From contig JBKHBH010000032.1 of assembly GCA_046542505.1 (NCBI GenBank), positions 1 to 19,718 on the forward strand: a stretch of 19,718 nt of DNA, given 5' to 3'. A program made the position numbers and the translations under genes. This document shows, piece by piece, positions 1 through 9,814 of this stretch; position 1 is the first letter of the stretch, and each line of letters starts with the position of its first letter. This DNA is from Thermovirgaceae bacterium (lineage in GTDB: Bacteria; Synergistota; Synergistia; Synergistales; Thermovirgaceae). Below the pieces are notes generated by a model. That model did not search any database. It was not told the DNA's origin and saw only the letters and a program-made list of their open reading frames with translations.

Positions 1-370
1 CATCGCCGCAGGCGTGGCCGTTTTGACCGAAGACCGCCAGGCCTGCCGCCGGGCCATGGGACAACTCATCCGCGACCGGCGTCGCATTGAACGGGAGCTC
101 GAGCATATGGGCTGCCGCGTCACTCCGTCGGCGACAAACTTCGTCTTTTTCGAAACACCCGTCGACTGTGCGACCGTCTCGGACATGATGCTAAAAAAGG
201 GCGTGATCGTAAGGTCCTGCGACATCTGGGGCTACGACAACGCCATCCGCGTCACCGTTGGAACCACCGAAGAAATGGACCGGTTTTTGTACACCCTCCG
301 GGAAGTCCTCGGAGAACTTGAAGATTGCAATCCAGTAACAACGGGAGATGATGCCCATGGTGCTTTTTGA
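1..370 (+). CDS. hisC: Histidinol-phosphate aminotransferase-like (class I/II PLP aminotransferase), 3' fragment
   Basis: C-terminal HisC-type motifs PSATNFVF, GVIVR and IRVTVGT. The frame is open from the window edge; the stop overlaps the next gene. Confidence 0.75.
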   Translation, partial: IAAGVAVLTEDRQACRRAMGQLIRDRRRIERELEHMGCRVTPSATNFVFFETPVDCATVSDMMLKKGVIVRSCDIWGYDNAIRVTVGTTEEMDRFLYTLREVLGELEDCNPVTTGDDAHGAF

Positions 371-1493
371 GGAGGTCAGCAAAATCTACGAAGACGGGAC
401 AAAGGCTGTAGACAAACTTGACCTCGAAGTGGCCAAGGGGGAGATCGCCGTTTTGATAGGCCCTTCCGGCTGCGGCAAGACGACGACCCTCAAGATGGTG
501 AACCGCCTCGAATCATGCACGGAAGGAATCATAAAAGTCGACGGGCAGGATATCAACTCCGTGAATCCCGTCACGCTCAGACGGAACATCGGGTATGTCA
601 TCCAGGAAACGGCGCTGATGCCCCACCTTTCGGTGGCCGAAAACATCGCCATGGTCCCGAAGCTTCTGGGCTGGAAGAAAGACCGCACCAGAAAGCGTGT
701 GGACGAGCTTCTCGAAATGGCGGGCCTTGACCCGGCCATTTACCGGTACCGCCTTCCAGACCAGCTCAGCGGCGGCCAGAAACAACGCATCGGCGTGCTG
801 CGCGCCCTTGCGGCCGATCCGGAGGTGGTCCTCATGGACGAACCTTTCGGCGCCCTGGATCCCATCGCCCGCGAACGCCTCCAGAACGAGCTCCTGGAGC
901 TGCAGAAGACGGTCAAAAAGACCATTGTCTTTGTCACCCACGACATGGACGAAGCCCTGCGGATCGCCGACAAGATCGTCCTCATGCGCCAGGGGCATAT
1001 CGAACAGATCGGCTCGCCCGACGACATCCAGCACAACCCCGTGAACGATTTCGTGAGAGACTTCATCGGCGAGGACAGGCTTTCCCAGATATCTCCGGAT
1101 TCCAGCGTGGAGGTTCTCGTCCAGGACCCGATTCTCAAGGTTTCACCCAAACGGACGGCCTCCGACGTCCTGGATTTCATGGAGGACGAGGGATGCGAGA
1201 CGGCCCAGGTTGTGGACAACACCGGCAAGTGGCGGGGGATGGCCCTGCTCTGGCTCCTCAAACGGGCGGCGAAAAACAAGGGGCCCGTCACCGACGGAGT
1301 CCGGAAAGACCGGAAACTTTACATCGAAAACGCCGTACTCCGCGACGCGGCGGAGATGCTGGCCGACCAGGATTTGCCGATACCTGTCATCAACCAAGAC
1401 GGGGAATTCAAGGGGATCGTCACCCAGGCCGGTGTGGCCAGGCTTACCATCGGCAGGCTTACACGCTACAACGGAAAGGGGGATGACGAATAA
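357..1493 (+). CDS. Osmoprotectant (OpuCA/ProV-like) ABC transporter ATP-binding subunit with degenerate C-terminal CBS pair
   Basis: Walker A GPSGCGKTT, signature LSGGQ, Walker B VVLMDEPFGALD, H-loop VTHD, plus LRRNIGYVIQ. ATG 357 chosen because GGAGATGAT precedes it; 348 and 351 are alternatives. Confidence 0.93.
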   Translation: MVLFEEVSKIYEDGTKAVDKLDLEVAKGEIAVLIGPSGCGKTTTLKMVNRLESCTEGIIKVDGQDINSVNPVTLRRNIGYVIQETALMPHLSVAENIAMVPKLLGWKKDRTRKRVDELLEMAGLDPAIYRYRLPDQLSGGQKQRIGVLRALAADPEVVLMDEPFGALDPIARERLQNELLELQKTVKKTIVFVTHDMDEALRIADKIVLMRQGHIEQIGSPDDIQHNPVNDFVRDFIGEDRLSQISPDSSVEVLVQDPILKVSPKRTASDVLDFMEDEGCETAQVVDNTGKWRGMALLWLLKRAAKNKGPVTDGVRKDRKLYIENAVLRDAAEMLADQDLPIPVINQDGEFKGIVTQAGVARLTIGRLTRYNGKGDDE

Positions 1494-2203
1494 TGCTGAA
1501 TCAGGAGCAGTTCTTTCAGCTCTTCATTACCTACGTCACCCGGTACTGGCCCCGGATCCTCAGCCTGACCTGGGAGCACATGTTCATTGCAGCCATCGCC
1601 CTGGCAATTACCATGGTGACCTGCATCCCCCTGGGGATCTACCTGACGAAAAACGAAAAGCTGTCCCCCTATGTCATCGGTGTGGCCAACATTTTCCAGA
1701 CAATCCCGAGCCTGGCGCTTCTGGGCTTTCTGATCTTCATCTTCGGGATCGGCAACGACAACGCCATCTGCGCCCTCTACCTCTACGCCATTCTCCCCGT
1801 ACTCCAGAACACCTACACGGGCCTCAAGAGCGTCCCCCCGCATCTCGTGCAGGCGGCCCGTGGCATGGGTATGACGGAATACCAGATCCTGACGAAGGTC
1901 CAGCTTCCCATCGCCATGCCCATCATCATCGCCGGGATCCGGGTCGCCACCGTATGGGTCATCGGGACGACGACTCTGGCGGCGGCCATCGGAGGAGGAG
2001 GCCTGGGCCGCCTAATTTTCTCGGGCCTGGCATCCATCAGGAACGAAGTGGTCCTTGCCGGCGCACTGCCCGCCACGGTGTTGGCGCTGGTTGCAGACCA
2101 GGGACTCAAATGGCTGCAGAAATACCTCAGCCCGAAAACGCGCGCCATCCGCCTGGCCAAAAAGGCCGAGCGGGAAGAACTGCAAAGAGCCGTCGCACGC
2201 TAG
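1493..2203 (+). CDS. Osmoprotectant ABC transporter permease (OpuCB/CD-like)
   Basis: QTIPSLALLG, NTYTG, EAA-like QAARGMGMT and IGGGGLG motifs. TAATG stop/start overlap with the ATPase. Confidence 0.93.
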   Translation: MLNQEQFFQLFITYVTRYWPRILSLTWEHMFIAAIALAITMVTCIPLGIYLTKNEKLSPYVIGVANIFQTIPSLALLGFLIFIFGIGNDNAICALYLYAILPVLQNTYTGLKSVPPHLVQAARGMGMTEYQILTKVQLPIAMPIIIAGIRVATVWVIGTTTLAAAIGGGGLGRLIFSGLASIRNEVVLAGALPATVLALVADQGLKWLQKYLSPKTRAIRLAKKAEREELQRAVAR

Positions 2204-2237
2204 AGGCGGAGAACAAAAACAAAAGGAGCTGTTGCAT

Positions 2238-3164
2238 ATGAGAAATTTTCTGAAGACAAGTTGTGTCGCACTGCTGGTTCTCTCGGTGGCAATCGTCGGA
2301 GGTCTGGGGACCGCAGCAATGGCCGCCGACCAGGATCCCATGGAATACAAGGGGAAAATCAGGGTCGGGGCCCAGACGGTGAACGAATCCATCGTCCTTG
2401 CCTGGATGGGCAAGCTGCTTCTTGACGAATACACGGGCCTCAAGGTGGACATCAACACCGAGTTCGCCGCGTCATCGGTCTTGCACCAGGCCATGGCCCA
2501 GGGGGAACTCGACGTCTATCCGAGCTGGACAGGTACGCAGCTGACGGGGATTCTCCGTTACGAGGGCCCGAACCTCCCTGGCGAGGAAACCTTCAAGATG
2601 GTCAAGGAAGGTTTCGAAGAGAACTTCAACATGACCTGGGCGAAGCCCCTGGGGTTCAACAACACCTACGTCATGGCCGTCCAGCGTGAAACCGCCGAGG
2701 AATACGGCCTCGAAAAGGCATCGGACCTCAAGGACGTGGCCGGCAAGATGAAGCTCGGCTCCGACGAGAACTTCGACACCCGTCCCGACGCCTACCCCGG
2801 CTGGTCCGAGACCTACGGCATCGAGTTCAAGGATGTCGTCCCCATGCAGTATTCCATGATGTACCGGGCCATCGCCAACAAGGAAGTGGACGCCATCGCG
2901 GCCTACTCTACGGACTCCAGGATCGCCAAGCTCGATCTGGTCATGCTCGAGGACGACAAGGAATTTTTCCCCGACTACAGTGCAGCCTATGTCATCGACA
3001 TGGACACCCTCGAGGAGTACCCCGCCATCCTTCCCATCCTGGAAAAGCTCAGCGGAAAGATCGACGAGGTCACCATGTCGGCTCTGAACGGCCGTCATGA
3101 CGACGGTGAGGAACCGGAAGACATCGCCGCTGACTTCCTGAAGGAAATCGGCCTGCTGCAATAA
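2238..3164 (+). CDS. Glycine-betaine/OpuCC-family ABC substrate-binding protein
   Basis: AAGGAG RBS upstream of ATG 2238; signal peptide ending AMA-A; motifs WTGT, FNNTY, YSTD and FPDY. Confidence 0.9.
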   Translation: MRNFLKTSCVALLVLSVAIVGGLGTAAMAADQDPMEYKGKIRVGAQTVNESIVLAWMGKLLLDEYTGLKVDINTEFAASSVLHQAMAQGELDVYPSWTGTQLTGILRYEGPNLPGEETFKMVKEGFEENFNMTWAKPLGFNNTYVMAVQRETAEEYGLEKASDLKDVAGKMKLGSDENFDTRPDAYPGWSETYGIEFKDVVPMQYSMMYRAIANKEVDAIAAYSTDSRIAKLDLVMLEDDKEFFPDYSAAYVIDMDTLEEYPAILPILEKLSGKIDEVTMSALNGRHDDGEEPEDIAADFLKEIGLLQ

Positions 3165-3190
3165 CCCCAATCAAAGATGGACAAAAACTG

Positions 3191-3225
3191 AAAAGGGGCC
3201 GCCCCGACGAGGGCGGCCTTTTTTT
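3191..3225 (+). terminator. Intrinsic terminator of the ABC operon
   Basis: GGCCGCCC-cgacga-GGGCGGCC followed by T7. Confidence 0.88.
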
Positions 3226-3235
3226 CGTTACCGCT

Positions 3236-3264
3236 TTGCCTTGAACCAGGTTCCGTGATAGGCT
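3236..3264 (+). promoter_or_regulatory. Putative sigma70 promoter for the UPF0182 gene
   Basis: TTGCCT (3236-3241), 17 nt, TAGGCT (3259-3264), with an extended -10 TG. Confidence 0.45.
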
Positions 3265-3343
3265 GTAAAAATAAAAATTTTCTAAATCTGTGAGGCGATT
3301 CGCCATGTCAATGAAAGATATCTTCCAGAAGGACGGCGAGGGA

Positions 3344-6130
3344 ATGAAGAACTTCAAGCTGCCGTCATTCAGGTTCAAAAAGAGTCTTTCCATCATTCTG
3401 GGGCTCCTTGTTCTCTCCTTCGTTCTCTTCCCGGCATTTGCACGGTTTTACACGGACTACCTCTGGTTCGGCGCCCTCGACCTGACAAGCGTTTTCTGGA
3501 CCAGGATCATTCCCCAATGGATACTGTTCGCCGTAGCTGCAACCGCAGCGTTTCTTATCTTCTCCTTCAGTTGGCTGAGAGCGCGTCGCGGGGCGAAAAA
3601 GCTTGACGAAAAGGGGGAAACGCCGCTTCACGCCAGAGGGTCCGGCGTCATCGTTCTCGCCGCATCCGTCCTGCTTTCGGTGATGAACGGACTCGGGGTC
3701 CGGGGCGAATGGGCCATGATCCTGCGCTTTTTGAACCGGACGCCCTTCGGGCACACCGATCCCCTTTTCGGCAAGGATGTGGGTTTCTACGTCTTCGAGC
3801 TCCCCTTTTACGGCTTTCTCCAGGACTGGCTTTTAGGCGTGCTCATCACGGCCCTTCTGGGCTCCGCGCTGATCTACATCATGGGGTGGCTCCCGAAAAT
3901 CCGCGAAGAAAACAGGTTTTCCTTCCCGCCCCAGGCCCGGCGCCAGCTGACATTCATGGGCGCCCTGGCCGTTTTCGCCTGGGGGGCGGGCTTCTGGATC
4001 GAGCGATTCGACCTGCTGTTTTCGGCCTCGGGCATCGTCTTCGGGGCGGGGTACACCGACATCCACGCCAGGCTTCTGGCCATCAACATCATGCTGGCCC
4101 TCTCAGTCATCGTGGGTGCGCTGCTTCTTCTGAACATCTTCAAGCGGACCTGGAAGATGGCAGCCGTCGCCGTGGTCCTTCTGGTGGTGACCAATGTGGC
4201 GATCATGGGCGTCTACCCCGGGATCGTCCAGAAATACATCGTCGAACCCAACGAGTTCCAGAAAGAACAGCCTTACATTCAATACAACATCGACAATACC
4301 CTCAAGGCCTACGGTCTCGATACTCTCAAGATTGTGGACTACACCCCCGAGACAACGGTAACGGCCGAAGATATCGACAAGGACGAGGATATCATCAGGA
4401 ACGTCCGCCTCTGGGATTACCGGCCGCTTCTGAGGTCCTACAAGCAGCTCCAGGAGATCCGCTCCTACTACGACTTCGAGGACGTGGACATCGACCGATA
4501 CACCTTCGACGGGACCTACCGGCAGGTCATGCTCTCCACAAGGGAACTCGACCTCGGCCAGTTGCAGAGCCCGTCATGGGTGAACATGCATCTTGAATTC
4601 ACCCACGGTTACGGCATCGCCATGAATCCCGTCAACGAGGTCGACGGGGAAGGCAAGCCGGTTTTTTTCATCAAGGACCTGCCGCCTGAAATCAATGTGC
4701 CCCTGACCATCGACCGCCCCCAGATCTACTACGGGGAAAAACGCCAGCCCTACGTGCTGGTCATGACAGAGACCAAGGAATTCGACTACCCCATGGGAAG
4801 CGCCAACGTGCGGACCACCTACGAGGGAACCGGCGGGGTGGGTATCGGGTCGCTGCTCCGGCGCCTGGCCTTCGCCGTGCGCTTTGCCGATTCCCAGATC
4901 CTTTTCACCGACGCCACCCTTCCCGAAAGCCGGATCATGTTCCACAGGAGCATCGGCGAGCGGGTCCGCAAGGTGGCACCATTCCTCTTCTATGACAGCG
5001 ATCCTTACATGACGGTCCAGGATGGAAGGCTTGTCTGGATCCAGGACGCCTACACCGTCACCGACAGCCACCCCTACTCGGAGCCGGTCAATAACTCGGG
5101 AGGGCGGATCAATTACATCCGAAACAGTGTCAAAATCGCCGTCGATGCCTATAACGGCAAGATGACCTTCTACGTGGCGGACCCGGAAGACCCGCTTATC
5201 AAGACCTGGGCCAAGATCTTCCCGGACCTGTTCACGCCCATGGATGAAGCATCCGATGCCTTCTGCGCCCACCGCCGCTACCCGAAGGGACTTTTCTCCA
5301 TCCAGAGCGAGATCTTCAGGACCTATCACATGTCCGACCCCAACACCTTCTACAACAAGGAAGACGTCTGGGAATTCCCCCAGGCCGGTGTTTCTGGGGC
5401 CCTGGATGCCTACTATCTCGTGATGCGCCTCGCCGACGAGGATGAGGCTGAATTCATGCTGATTTCGCCCTTCACGCCAAGCGGCAGGGACAACATGATC
5501 GCCTGGATTGCCGGCCGGTCGGATCCGCCAAACTATGGGGAACTTATGGTCTACAAGTTCCCCAAGCAGCAGCTCATCTACGGGCCGCGCCAGGTGGAAG
5601 CCCTCATCGACCAGACTCCGGAGATATCGGCCCAGCTGTCCCTGTGGAGCCAGCGCGGCTCCGACGTCATCAGGGGGAATCTCCTGGTGATCCCCATGGG
5701 CGAGTCGCTGCTCTACGTGCAGCCCCTCTACCTGCGGGCCTCCAACAGCGATTTGCCGGAACTTAAGCGGGTCATCGTCTCTTCGGGCGGACGCGTCGCC
5801 TGGGACGAAAATCTTGACGACGCCCTTGAAAATCTTTTGGGAAGCAGGCCGATCGCCGCCCCCGAGCCCACGGAAGAAGGCGACATCGAAATCGACGAAG
5901 AAGCCCTGGAAGAAGAAACGGTGAAAACCGAAGGGCAAATGGTTTCGCCCGAAATCCCCGAGGGCTCACCGGCCGAACTTTCCCTCAGGGCCCAGGAGCA
6001 CTTCGAGGCGGCCCAAAGGGCTGCGAGCCGTGGAGACTGGGCCAGGTACGGAGAGGAGCTTGAAAGCCTGCAAAGAATCATCAGGCAGCTCGTAAACGTC
6101 ACAGGCGAAGTACCCAAAGAGACACCGTAG
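3344..6130 (+). CDS. UPF0182 family membrane protein
   Basis: YTDYLWF, DPLFGKDVGFYVFELP, NVRLWD, DVDIDRY, THGYG, NYIRNSVK and GSDVIRGNLLVIP motifs; N-terminal TM helices. GAGGGA precedes ATG 3344; earlier starts are possible. Confidence 0.93.
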   Translation: MKNFKLPSFRFKKSLSIILGLLVLSFVLFPAFARFYTDYLWFGALDLTSVFWTRIIPQWILFAVAATAAFLIFSFSWLRARRGAKKLDEKGETPLHARGSGVIVLAASVLLSVMNGLGVRGEWAMILRFLNRTPFGHTDPLFGKDVGFYVFELPFYGFLQDWLLGVLITALLGSALIYIMGWLPKIREENRFSFPPQARRQLTFMGALAVFAWGAGFWIERFDLLFSASGIVFGAGYTDIHARLLAINIMLALSVIVGALLLLNIFKRTWKMAAVAVVLLVVTNVAIMGVYPGIVQKYIVEPNEFQKEQPYIQYNIDNTLKAYGLDTLKIVDYTPETTVTAEDIDKDEDIIRNVRLWDYRPLLRSYKQLQEIRSYYDFEDVDIDRYTFDGTYRQVMLSTRELDLGQLQSPSWVNMHLEFTHGYGIAMNPVNEVDGEGKPVFFIKDLPPEINVPLTIDRPQIYYGEKRQPYVLVMTETKEFDYPMGSANVRTTYEGTGGVGIGSLLRRLAFAVRFADSQILFTDATLPESRIMFHRSIGERVRKVAPFLFYDSDPYMTVQDGRLVWIQDAYTVTDSHPYSEPVNNSGGRINYIRNSVKIAVDAYNGKMTFYVADPEDPLIKTWAKIFPDLFTPMDEASDAFCAHRRYPKGLFSIQSEIFRTYHMSDPNTFYNKEDVWEFPQAGVSGALDAYYLVMRLADEDEAEFMLISPFTPSGRDNMIAWIAGRSDPPNYGELMVYKFPKQQLIYGPRQVEALIDQTPEISAQLSLWSQRGSDVIRGNLLVIPMGESLLYVQPLYLRASNSDLPELKRVIVSSGGRVAWDENLDDALENLLGSRPIAAPEPTEEGDIEIDEEALEEETVKTEGQMVSPEIPEGSPAELSLRAQEHFEAAQRAASRGDWARYGEELESLQRIIRQLVNVTGEVPKETP

Positions 6131-6135
6131 GAAAG

Positions 6136-6206
6136 CCCTTTTTTGCGAAAAGGGTTCAGCAAGGTACACAAGAAAGGAGCCGGCTTGAAGCCGGCTCCTT
6201 TCTTGT
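6136..6206. terminator. Bidirectional terminator region between convergent genes
   Basis: Hairpin CCCTTTT..AAAAGGG (6136-6154) and a perfect 19-bp inverted repeat 6168-6186/6188-6206. Confidence 0.8.
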
Positions 6207-6227
6207 TTCTCCAGTTCGACTGTTTCT

Positions 6228-7598
6228 TTACTCTGCAAACAGAAAGGTCATACTCTCGATTCGTTTCAACAGGGCCCCTTCGGGGTCGGCCTCCGGGAGC
6301 TCCTTCCCCGGTTCCAGGGAGGTGAAGGCTGCCTGCCCCACGACCTTGCGCCCCTCCCTGCCGCCTTCAATGGTACGAATCCCCCAGAATGTGTGGAAAA
6401 GGACGATGTCACCCCTGAAGGTCCCCACGTAGAGCATGACGTGCCCGGGCATCCAGAGAAGGGTCCGAAAGGGCATGCCTCGCCTTTTGATTTGCTCCTC
6501 CTTCTTTGCTCCAGAAAGGTCTGAAAGAGCAACCCGTCTGCCCCGGGCGGCCTGGTCAGAAGAATGTCTCGGGACCCACAGGCCGAAGGGAATGAAAAGG
6601 TCGCGGATCGTCCCGGAACAGTCCCTGTTCCCGAAAAGCCCTCCCCAGCCATAGGGTTCGCCCTCCATTTTTGACATGATTCTCGCCATGTTCCAGGGGG
6701 TGTATTCCAGGGGGAAGGGGACAACTTTTTCATGAGGAACGTCAACGGCCACAAACTCAGCCTTGCCGCCCGATGCACGAAAGGGAACGAGGACGCTCAA
6801 AACACCGACAGAGCCCGAAGCCCTCTCAATGGGCAACAGGCCGCCGATCCCGATCCTTGAAAGAAACCCTTCCCCGGAAGACGTGAGGGGGATATCCTCG
6901 GCCACAGCAGCCGCCAGGGGTCGGGACAACCATTTCCCGACAAAGCCCTCGTCAACGAAAGCCATATTCCGCACGTCGATCCACCCCGCCGCCTGGGGGG
7001 ATTCCACAAAGGCCCAGCCTTCGTCTTGTGAAAGGTGGCTCACGAAAAGGGGCTCACCCGGCTTGAGCGCCGTCTGCTGGAGATAGTCGAAGGGGAACCC
7101 TTCGCCTGGGAGGGAAGGGTCCCTGAACAGGGGGCCTTCCGTGGGGAAGTTCCTCAAGCCCGTCTCCCGCACGGTGATGGCCCGCTCGTTGAGGGTCCCG
7201 TAGCAATCCATTCTCGCCTGCTCTCTCATGGAGGCAAACCAGGCTTCCCCCGGTGGCCTCAGGTTCGACCCCACGAGGGACGGATCCCCGGGGGCAAAGG
7301 CCTTCCAGGCCCACATGACGGCGTCCTTGTCATGGGCTGGTCGCGACCTCGACCAGGGGTCAAAAAAACTGTCCCGAAAGGCTTCGGCTTCCATCTCCAG
7401 GACCAGGGGATCTATCAGGGGTTCGTTCGGCTGCTCCGTCAGGTAACGGAAGGGGTTCTGGGGAAATCTCCCGATGTCCGCTATGGCCGACTCCGGCGTG
7501 GACTCCATCGCGAAAGAGCGGGATATGGTCGGTCCCGGGCTACCCGCTGCCCATAGAAAGCAAACGCTCAGCAATGCGGCGATCATGATTTTCTTCAT
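6228..7598 (-). CDS. Secreted SH3-domain NlpC/P60 peptidoglycan endopeptidase
   Basis: Signal peptide; GEGFPFDYLQQT and SH3-like WAFVE..GWI; catalytic PYGWGG..RDCSG (Cys) and GHVMLY (His). Confidence 0.88.
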   Translation of the reverse strand: MKKIMIAALLSVCFLWAAGSPGPTISRSFAMESTPESAIADIGRFPQNPFRYLTEQPNEPLIDPLVLEMEAEAFRDSFFDPWSRSRPAHDKDAVMWAWKAFAPGDPSLVGSNLRPPGEAWFASMREQARMDCYGTLNERAITVRETGLRNFPTEGPLFRDPSLPGEGFPFDYLQQTALKPGEPLFVSHLSQDEGWAFVESPQAAGWIDVRNMAFVDEGFVGKWLSRPLAAAVAEDIPLTSSGEGFLSRIGIGGLLPIERASGSVGVLSVLVPFRASGGKAEFVAVDVPHEKVVPFPLEYTPWNMARIMSKMEGEPYGWGGLFGNRDCSGTIRDLFIPFGLWVPRHSSDQAARGRRVALSDLSGAKKEEQIKRRGMPFRTLLWMPGHVMLYVGTFRGDIVLFHTFWGIRTIEGGREGRKVVGQAAFTSLEPGKELPEADPEGALLKRIESMTFLFAE

Positions 7599-7738
7599 GG
7601 CGTGATTTTACCCTCCGGGGAGAATTCTCCACTTCTCTTGTGACAAGGGGTGTTTCCATGGGATAATACCTTTGCGCTTTGTCAAAGGGATACCACTCCG
7701 GTGTGCAAACGGGACGGCCCGAAAGGGAGGCAGACCTC

Positions 7739-8239
7739 ATGACCGGCCTTGATGAACAATTCGTGATCCTTCTTAAAGTGTCGCTGGCCATCATTCTCGG
7801 AGGGATCATCGGCCTCGAGCGGGAAATGATCGGAAAGCCCACGGGCATGCGCACCCACATGCTCATAGGCGGTGCGTCGGCCCTTTTCACGTCCCTCGGT
7901 ACCGTCATCGTGAATTACTACGGCACGATCACCTGCACGGGGCTTGTCCAGGCAGACCCCATACGGGTCATCCAGGCCATCGTCCTGGGAATCAGTTTTA
8001 TCGGCGCTGGAACGATCCTTCAGCATCAGGAACGCCGCAAGATCATTTACCTCACCTCTGCGGCGTCCATTCTTTTCACAGCGGCCATTGGCATCGCCAC
8101 GGCACTGGACCAGTACGTCATATCCTTCGGCTGCGTCATCGCGGTCTGGGTGGTCAACCGCGGCCTCCGGTACTTCGACAAGAAGGTCCTGAAGCAACGG
8201 CGCACGCCTTCCCAGGCAAAGGACATTCCCCCGGAATAA
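7739..8239 (+). CDS. MgtC/SapB family membrane protein
   Basis: IGLERE, GMRTH, DPIRV, GISFIGAG and LTSAA motifs; GGAGG RBS before ATG 7739. Confidence 0.9.
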   Translation: MTGLDEQFVILLKVSLAIILGGIIGLEREMIGKPTGMRTHMLIGGASALFTSLGTVIVNYYGTITCTGLVQADPIRVIQAIVLGISFIGAGTILQHQERRKIIYLTSAASILFTAAIGIATALDQYVISFGCVIAVWVVNRGLRYFDKKVLKQRRTPSQAKDIPPE

Positions 8240-8270
8240 CCCCGTCGGTGAAACCCTTTCGCCTGTGCTG

Positions 8271-9482
8271 CTACTCCTCGAGGAATCGCTCCAGGTCCTT
8301 GACGTCAAAGGCATGGGAGAAAGCCGTTTCCCTGGTGATGCGCCCCTTCTTGAAGAGCGCCGCCAAAGCGTGCTCCATGAGCTGCATTCCCTCTGAAGTA
8401 TTGGTGGCCATGACGTTCCTGATCTGCTCCGGGCGGCCCTCCTTGATGAGGTTGCGCACAGCGTAATTGGCCACCACGACCTCGGCGGCCAGCACCCGCT
8501 TTCCGTCAACGGTGTTGATCAGCTGCTGGCTGCACACTCCGATCAGGATGTTGGCCAGCTGCATTCGGATCTGGTTTTGCTGGTAGGGCGGGAAGATGTC
8601 GATGATCCGGTCTATGGTTCCCGGTGCGTCCTGGGTATGCAGCGTGGCCAGCACGAGGTGTCCCGTTTCGGCGGCGGTGATGGCCGACGAAATGGTCTCA
8701 AGGTCACGCATCTCACCGATCATGATGACGTCCGGGTCCTGGCGGAAGACTCGCCTGAGACCCTCGTGAAAGTCCGACGAGTCCCGGCCTACCTCACGCT
8801 GGTCGATGAGGGCCTCTTTCGGCTGGAAAACGTATTCGATGGGGTCTTCCAGGGTAATGATGTGCAGCTTGCTCCGGCTGTTGATATCCTCGACGATGGA
8901 AGCAAGGGTCGTGGATTTTCCGTGCCCTGTGGGCCCGGTGATCAGGATGAGGCCGCGGCGTTTCTTGGCAAAGCGGGAGATGATCCACGGAAGCCCCAGG
9001 TCCTGCATGGAGGGGATCTTCGATTTGACATGCCTCACGGCCATGGAGGGCATCCCCATGGCCATGTAGGAATTGATCCGGAACCGCTCGCCCCCGAGTA
9101 TGGGAAAGACGAAGTCGGCATCACCCTTTTCCCTGTATTCACGGTATCTTTCGGGGCTCAGGATCTGCTCGACGTAGCCGAAAATTTCTTCAGCCTCGAG
9201 GGGATCCATATGGGTGAAAGGATACAGGTGCGTATCCAGAAGGCGGACGAAGGCGGGAAAACCAGCTTTCAGGTGAAGATCGCTCGCCTGTAGTTCAACC
9301 ATGCTTGTCACCATCTGGGTAAAGTCCCTCGGTGCTCCCGGGGCGTTGAACTCGGGGTACCCGACGGGAAAATCGTATTGGTCCATCATGAACTTGGGTG
9401 CGCCTGCGGAGCTGAACGCAACGTATTCAGCCCGCTGGATCGCATCCAGGGGATGGCGGGGCTGCTCATTTTTTGCTGTCAT
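8271..9482 (-). CDS. pilT: Type IV pilus retraction ATPase PilT
   Basis: ASDLHL, GPTGHGKST, EDPIE, QREVG, RQDPDVIMIGEMRD, AETGHLVLATLH and AVRNLIKE; AAGGAG RBS before ATG 9482. Confidence 0.9.
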   Translation of the reverse strand: MTAKNEQPRHPLDAIQRAEYVAFSSAGAPKFMMDQYDFPVGYPEFNAPGAPRDFTQMVTSMVELQASDLHLKAGFPAFVRLLDTHLYPFTHMDPLEAEEIFGYVEQILSPERYREYREKGDADFVFPILGGERFRINSYMAMGMPSMAVRHVKSKIPSMQDLGLPWIISRFAKKRRGLILITGPTGHGKSTTLASIVEDINSRSKLHIITLEDPIEYVFQPKEALIDQREVGRDSSDFHEGLRRVFRQDPDVIMIGEMRDLETISSAITAAETGHLVLATLHTQDAPGTIDRIIDIFPPYQQNQIRMQLANILIGVCSQQLINTVDGKRVLAAEVVVANYAVRNLIKEGRPEQIRNVMATNTSEGMQLMEHALAALFKKGRITRETAFSHAFDVKDLERFLEE

Positions 9483-9553
9483 CTGACCTGCTCCTTTCAC
9501 AGGAAAACAGACTATTCGTGACTCTCTGTTATCGAAACCTGCGACGTACAGCC

Positions 9554-9582
9554 ATGATGAACCGATAAAGCCCTTTTGTCAA
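9554..9582 (-). promoter_or_regulatory. Putative sigma70 promoter for pilT
   Basis: Minus strand TTGACA, 17 nt, CATCAT. The -35 overlaps one arm of a 10-bp inverted repeat (9572-9581/9606-9615). Confidence 0.55.
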
Positions 9583-9814
9583 CTTCGCCGAAGGAGAACT
9601 GCATATGACAAAAGGCTGCGTGAATCCGTCTCGCACCACTCCAAAACCCCAGGATGAACCGGGATTCCAGCCTGTGGCGGGCCCTGGTGTCACCTGAAAG
9701 AAGCACAAAAAGCACCCGGCCGGATTCCTTCTTTTCGCTGTTCTTTTCGTGTACCATTATTCTGCAAATGCTCTTTTACAGGAAGTTCAACCGGCGCAGG
9801 GGGGCCAGACAGAC

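Noticed and set aside
4574..5938. 454-aa minus ORF and other long overlapping ORFs (3709-4596, 1210-2241, 17814-18674, 8577-9293)
   Set aside because: Shadow frames of well-supported genes, caused by GC3 codon bias.
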